From Balanoglossus misakiensis (taxonomy: Eukaryota; Animalia; Hemichordata), in NCBI GenBank assembly GCA_040954595.2, contig CM082590.2, positions 1,116,001 to 1,180,000 on the forward strand: a DNA stretch of 64,000 bases, written 5' to 3'. This document shows, one piece after another, positions 58,271-64,000 of the stretch. A program made the position numbers and the translations under genes. Below the pieces are notes generated by a model. That model did no database searches. It had not been told where the DNA came from and saw only the letters and a list, made by a program, of their open reading frames with translations. Every line of letters begins with the position of its first letter. Within the stretch, counting starts at the first letter, position 1.

Positions 58271-59422
58271 AATAGCATTGTCATATACAGAGAATTACTG
58301 CACCAAATTTGATGAAGCTATCTACAGATAGTAATCTGATGAGGATATGATGGTACTATGTGTGTCATGTCAATTATCTGCTCATTTGCATATTAAATGA
58401 CATTTTCTAATTAGTTCTGTATTTCTTAAATCACTGCACCGAATTTGATGAAACTTGCTACAGATATTGATCTGACCAACATATGGCTGTGTTATGAGAA
58501 ATTTAGCAATGACATGTTAATTGCATATTTAATGACTTTGCTCAATTAGCCTGATATGATCCCGGCCAGACATCAAGCACCAAATCTGATGAATCTCGCC
58601 AGATATATATTGTTTTCACATCTATTAAACTTACAGATTGTAATCAATATACTGTTCATTTGCATATTTCATTAACTTTTCTAATTAATGCTATATTTCT
58701 GACATAAATGTACCGAATTTGATAGAACATGCTAGAAATATTGATACGACAGGGATCAGACTGCATTGTGAGACATTTAGCAGTGTCATGTTAATTAATG
58801 GATATTTTGCACCTTTAAGACGGGGCACCGGGATCTTTTTGCATGTTGCTATGGGTCGTTTTGGGACATTACACACCGATTTGGACTAAACCGTTTTCAG
58901 AGTCTAACAAAAAGATACAGATGCCCCATTTTAAATAACGAACGTGTTTAATTATCTTTAAACATCAAGAGATACTGAGCCAGTTTTGATGAAACTCACC
59001 AGATGTATTGTTTTCACACTTATTTATCGTATTAAACTTTATTCAGAGACACAGCATACAGTGCACATCCATCAACAATCATTATCAATAAACTGCAAAT
59101 TTTCTTAGTTATTTTTTTCTATTTAGGGATATACCACTGAATTGAATGCATGTACTTTAAGAAAAGAGGAGCAGATATCTATCTGACTGAGATCTGAATA
59201 TATTGGGAGACATTTACTAGTGTCATGTTAATTAGTGATTGATTTAAATATTTAACAAATAAGTCCAATTATATAGAGATCAGTTGCATTCAAAGAAAGT
59301 TGAATTTGGTGATATATGGGGCGGTTAACCAAAAAATCGTGCACTTTGGGTTAAAAGCCTGAAACTTGGTACAGGTATGCATTGACCCATGGTGTATATT
59401 TTCCAATATGGATCCAAAATGA

Positions 59423-59440
59423 CAGCGCCATCTAGTGACC
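59423..59440 (-). promoter_or_regulatory. CTCF-like motif within a repeat fragment
   Basis: Minus strand GGTCACTAGATGGCGCTG is one mismatch from the CCRCYAGRKGGC core; function untested. Confidence 0.35.
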
Positions 59441-60304
59441 ACAAACAGACATTCATACTTTAAAATCGTGCACAATTATGCCAAAATTTGGGGTTTATCT
59501 GCCCCACTAATAATTTATTGATTACCTTTGCACATTTCCAGTCTTTATCTATACCCACATTAGTTCATATCTGATCTCTTCAAAGATATGATTAGCCTAA
59601 CCAGATATGACATTTCTACTAGTGTTTCCAGCAACAAATTTGATCATCATGAAAGACACAAGATATATTTCTAATAAAAACTTTCCTAATGACATAAAAT
59701 TCAGTCTGTTCATTCACTGGCCATTTACCAAAAGCAAAAACACTTGGTGTAAATGTCACATTAGAGGATTGAAAATACGCAAATACTGACGGAAGTGAAG
59801 CGATGGTCTACCCTAGATCTGGTTTATATATTTTAAAAAATTTGGTTGACTGACAAGAAGCAGTTGAACATTCTGTCATCCATACTCACCAACATCAGAA
59901 AGTCAAGGAGTCCAAGAATTTTAGGGGCTGTGGATAATTACAACATGCATCTAATTGGGGCCATTGTTCTCTGTCTATCATCACCATCTTTACCATCCTA
60001 TAAATGCTCTTCATTACATTACTCAGTTGTTCCCACAATAACATGAACTGTTTCTGTTGAGCTAGTGCAATCGCAAGCAGAGAAATCCAATTTTTTAAAC
60101 AAGTGAAAGATTTATTAGGTAACTGCTTTGACTGATTTAAACTGATTTTGGAGTGATTCTTCAGCAGTTTGAACTTGGTTGGCCTAAACATGTACATTGT
60201 TTGGTTTTAATACATGAGAAAACCTGAAAGTCTACTCTAAAGTGTCTGAATTGACCCCCCTCCTAAAACAAAACAGCTCCAGGGATTTCCTTTGAAGCCA
60301 GCTA

Positions 60305-61941
60305 ATTAGGGGACCAAGCGCCCTCAGGTGCTTGGTCCCCATCTGTTATTGCTGGAGTTTTTCTTCTTTCTTCTTGAGTCGTTTTTTTGATCCCGTTTTT
60401 CTCAAAAATCCTTGGACCTACGCCTATGAAATTTGGCACGGTGGTTGGGGCCCATGAGTACTGGTGCACCTGCCCTTTGAATTTGTAATTAGTCACGTGA
60501 CTTGGTGGCTATAATCAAGCGAAATTTTCAAATTGACCAAATTTGCACGTTAATGGGGGCATGTACATTCTTTTCGCGATTTATGTAGACCATGTGGCCA
60601 AAATCCCCTGTGCCAAATTTCAAGGTCCTAGGCCACGTCGATTTTGAGAAGAAGATTTTTGTAATATTTTTCGCATTTTTTGGTGGGCTGAGGACGAACA
60701 CTGGGGCATCGGACTTTGACCGTCATTACGTAATGTTGTGGAGATCTCATTAGCAGGCGGGTTGCAGCAGTCCTTGGAAAATCGGCTGAAATACGTAAAC
60801 AGACCAGTGATTATTTTCCACGGAATGAATTTTGGCACAACACATTATCGGACTTCAGGCTGTGTTAGGGCGTTTTATTGAATTACGCTGAGTTTGTTAG
60901 CTGTTGCCATTCAAATGTGTCTACGCAGACCCGGCTACACTGGTTAACATTCAATGTAATGCGGCAGCGGACTTTGACCCTCAGTCGCTAATGTTGTGGG
61001 AGGTTTCATCATTAGCATGGTAGTCACATGTAGTGGATAGTAGTTTGGGAAATTGGCCGAAATACGTCAGCAGACCAGTGATTTTCTTGCACGAAGGGAG
61101 TATGTTACCAGCAATAATCAGAGATCAGGGTTCGTTGCCGTTCAAAAGTTCCTACTTCAGTCGTGACATTGCAACTGGACGTTCAGTATGGGGTTCGGCC
61201 CGCAGGTGGCTGTGGGGGTTATCAGGTCGCCCGTCATGGCACGCAGCTTCATGGAGCTGTATGGGACCAAAATAATACGCCCGATTCGGGGGTCACCTGT
61301 GACACCTGCGTAACTCAATTATGTGCATGCGTAATTGTGAGGTCAATGAAAGGGATGCTAGCGTGGTATTTGTTGCACATGGATCAATATGAAGTCTGAT
61401 TTTCCTGTCAAGTTGTGGGCGACCTTATGTGACATTTCACCTACTTTTGCTTAGTGAGCATCCACAGCAGATGTATGCAGCTTTGACGTGGTGGGGGGGG
61501 GGATATATTGATGGGACCATAATGATATACCAAAGGCGGGGTCACCTGTTGCACCTGCCTATGTCATTGATTTTGTACATTTAATTGGACACTAACCAAC
61601 AGGGCGATATGTGTGGTTTTTGTTCCACAGGGACGAATGTAAGTGTCAGTTTTGCCCAAATGTATAAGGTGATTTGGATGACCTCTGTCGTACAGTGCCA
61701 TATCTCAGCACGTTGTACAGGTGCAGCTTTGGTATTTGGAGGGATGAAACTATCATGAAAGGCCAAATACAGGGGGATACCTGTGACACCTGCTTGATTC
61801 ATGAATTACGTGCATACCTAATGGTAGGCAAAGTGAAAGGGCTGCAAATGTAGGATTTGTTGCACATGACATAAACAGGAATGAAAATTTTTTGTCAAAT
61901 ATTTGGGTGACCTCAGGTGTCCATTGACCTGCTTTCCATAT
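60305..61941 (+). mobile_element. HINE/DINE-1-like element with degenerate central tandem repeats, interrupted by Gypsy LTR
   Basis: 5' hairpin GGGGACCAAGC..GCTTGGTCCCC, TTC-rich tract and homology to 555-870. Internal repeats of about 250 bp: CGGACTTTGACC at about 60710 and 60968; GGGG(T/A)(C/T)ACCTGT..CACCTGC at about 61290, 61538 and 61774. Confidence 0.5.
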
Positions 61942-62520
61942 TGTTATGACAGAAAGGGCGAAGTCAGTGGTTTTCCTTTTATAAAAAGTATTTAATGGCT
62001 ATTCGCTATACTAACAAAATTAAGTTGCAGGCAAAAAAGGGATTCACAGGTCATAAAACAATGAATGCGAACCAAACTGAGCAACACACACAGCACTCCG
62101 TATACTCAGCTAGGACTCCAGTCGTGAAGCTCACGAGCAGCAAATATGCAGTAAAGTCAAAGACTTCCGACGTACAGGAAAGTCTGGTTTCGGTCCGAGT
62201 GGTGTGTACTTACAACTCGAAGTCAAACAAAACAGCAGGAAAGTCTGGTTTAGGTCCAAGTGGTGTGCATGCACTCACAACTTCTGAAGTCCTTGAAGTC
62301 AAACAAAACGGCCTGCGAAAGGTCCCAAACAGCAGCATGGAGTCCCCAGCACTGAAGTTACCGGCACAGTGTCCAGCGAAAAAAATAGCCACCTGACCAC
62401 ATGGTAGCATGTGTATTTATACATGTCAATCAAATGAATATTCATCAACACCTGGTCACCCTAAACAAAAGAAATCTTACTAGCCAGTAAAGGTCACACT
62501 AAAATGACCTCATCATCACA
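61942..62520 (-). repeat. 3' LTR of Gypsy element (about 580 bp)
   Basis: Minus strand TGTGATGA ... TCATAACA short inverted ends; preceded by PPT AAGGGGGG; TATAAATA near 62414-62421; ATTAAA near 61990. The second LTR is outside the window, so boundaries are unverified. Confidence 0.7.
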
Positions 62521-62586
62521 CACCCCCCTTAAAGAAAAGTTTTTACAAAAAAAATGTTTACAATTCTCTTACAAATACTTAGCATT

Positions 62587-64000
62587 CTAAACGCGAGAAA
62601 GACAGTCTGCAATTAAATTATCTTTACCCTTGATATGTCTGATGTCAAGGTTAAATTCCTGCAACATCAAGCTCCATCTCAACAACCTTTGATTCCTGCC
62701 TCTTATTTTTTGCAGAAATACGAGAGGGTTGTGATCAATGTAGACAACTATTGGGAAATTTGAAGCAGTCACATAGACCTCAAATTGCTGTAAAGCTAAT
62801 AACAATGATAAACACTCTTTTTCAATGGTAGAGTAATTTCTCTGCGAGTTGTTAAACTTGCGTGAAAAGTAACAAATAGGATGATCTATTCCCTGATCAT
62901 CTTCTTGCAATAAAACGGCGCCAGCGGCTACATCACTTGCGTCTGCCGCTAATTTGAATGGAAAATTGAAATTTGGCGCTGAGAGAACTGGGGCACTTTT
63001 CAGTATGACTTTCAATTTGTCGAATGACTGCTGACACTGATCTGACCAAACGAATTTCGTATTCTTTCTGAGTAAACGAGTCAAAGGCTCAGAAATGGTG
63101 GAGAAATTTGGACAGAATTTCCTATAGTATCCAGCCATACCAAGAAAGCGCATCAGCTGTTTCTAACAATTTGGCGGTTGAAAATTAGAAATCGCACTGA
63201 CTTTGGCGTTAATAGGCTTTACCTCGCCCTGACCGACAATGTGTCCTAGGTATGTCACTTGTGCGCAACCAAAAGCAGTTTTTGTCAAATTGACAGTCAA
63301 CTTTGCTTTACTTAATCGTTCAAAGAACGTTCGCATCATTTTCATGTGTTCATCCCAGGTGTCCGAATATATCACTACGTCGTCGACATAGGCGTCGCAT
63401 CCATCTAGTCCAGATGTGACGTCATTCATCATGCGCTGAAATGTCGCTGGTGAGTTTTTCATTCCAAATGGCATCACTTTGTACTGGAACAATCCATCGG
63501 GTGTAACAAAGGCGGATATTTCTCGGGGACGATCTGTCAGAGGGACTTGCCAGAAGCCCTTGAGCAGATCAAATTTGGTTACATACTTGGCTTTCCCCAC
63601 TCGATCAATGCAGTCGTCAATCCGGGGAATAGGAAAAGAGTCTGTCTTTGTAAGGGCGTTGACCTTTCTATAATCCGTGCACATTCGGCAGCTTCCATCA
63701 GGTTTGGGAACGAGGATGCAGGGTGAACTCCAGTTACTTTTACTTCTTTCAATGAAGTCATTGTCAAGCAAATATTCCACCTCCTCACGGAGGTATTTAG
63801 CTTTGCTGAGATTCAGTCTGTATGGATGTTGTTTCACTGGCCGGGAATTACCCACATTAACATCGTGATGAATGGTGTTTGTCCTTGATGGAATATCCAG
63901 AAATGTCTGTATTCGTGAATCAGTTCTTTCACATCTTGTTGCTGTGACGGATGGAGGTGTGACAACTTGGAGTCCATATCTTGGAGAATATCAGATTTTT
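62587..64000 (-). pseudogene. Gypsy pol fragment: reverse transcriptase and RNase H
   Basis: PVKQHPYR, WSSP, CTDYRKVN, FDLLKGFWQ, MPFGMKNSPATFQ, YVDD, FLGMAGYYRKF, DASD, EKECL, DHNPL, ADCLSR*. In-frame TAG at 63165-63163 and a frameshift near 63900. Confidence 0.93.

Larger units (their letters stand above)
61942..64000 (-). mobile_element. Ty3/Gypsy LTR retrotransposon, 3' portion (Gmr1-like architecture)
   Basis: RT-RNase H followed directly by stop codon, PPT and LTR; no integrase downstream. Confidence 0.85.

Overview
Repeat-rich window from a metazoan nuclear genome; an invertebrate is inferred from the transposon repertoire. 1-5.7 kb is AT-rich with decayed Helentron-associated (HINE/DINE-1-like) repeats. 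5.75-36.82 kb is one 31-kb GC- and CpG-rich tandem array of interspersed 49-bp and 39-bp units with nested higher-order duplications. 37.49-38.35 kb (minus) is the terminal coding exon of an XK-related (XKR4/6/7-like) scramblase gene carrying a frameshift. The rest appears to be that gene's upstream intron or flank and is filled with nested elements: a P-like MITE (7-bp TSD), a Harbinger-like MITE, a HINE-like element interrupted by a 15.5-kb Academ (XPG-type) transposon (TAG..CTA termini, about 560-bp TIRs, AAT TSD), a young full-length BEL/Pao LTR retrotransposon inside the Academ (GTGAG TSD), and the 3' part of a Gmr1-like Gypsy element. The most notable signal is in the BEL element. It has no TGG tRNA primer-binding site. 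The triplicated motif after its 5' LTR (GTAAAAACTCG) is instead complementary to a sequence inside its own LTR: 9 nt unspliced, or 11 nt if a predicted LTR intron is spliced. This suggests Tf1-like self-priming, possibly coupled to splicing. All calls are by eye, with no database searches.
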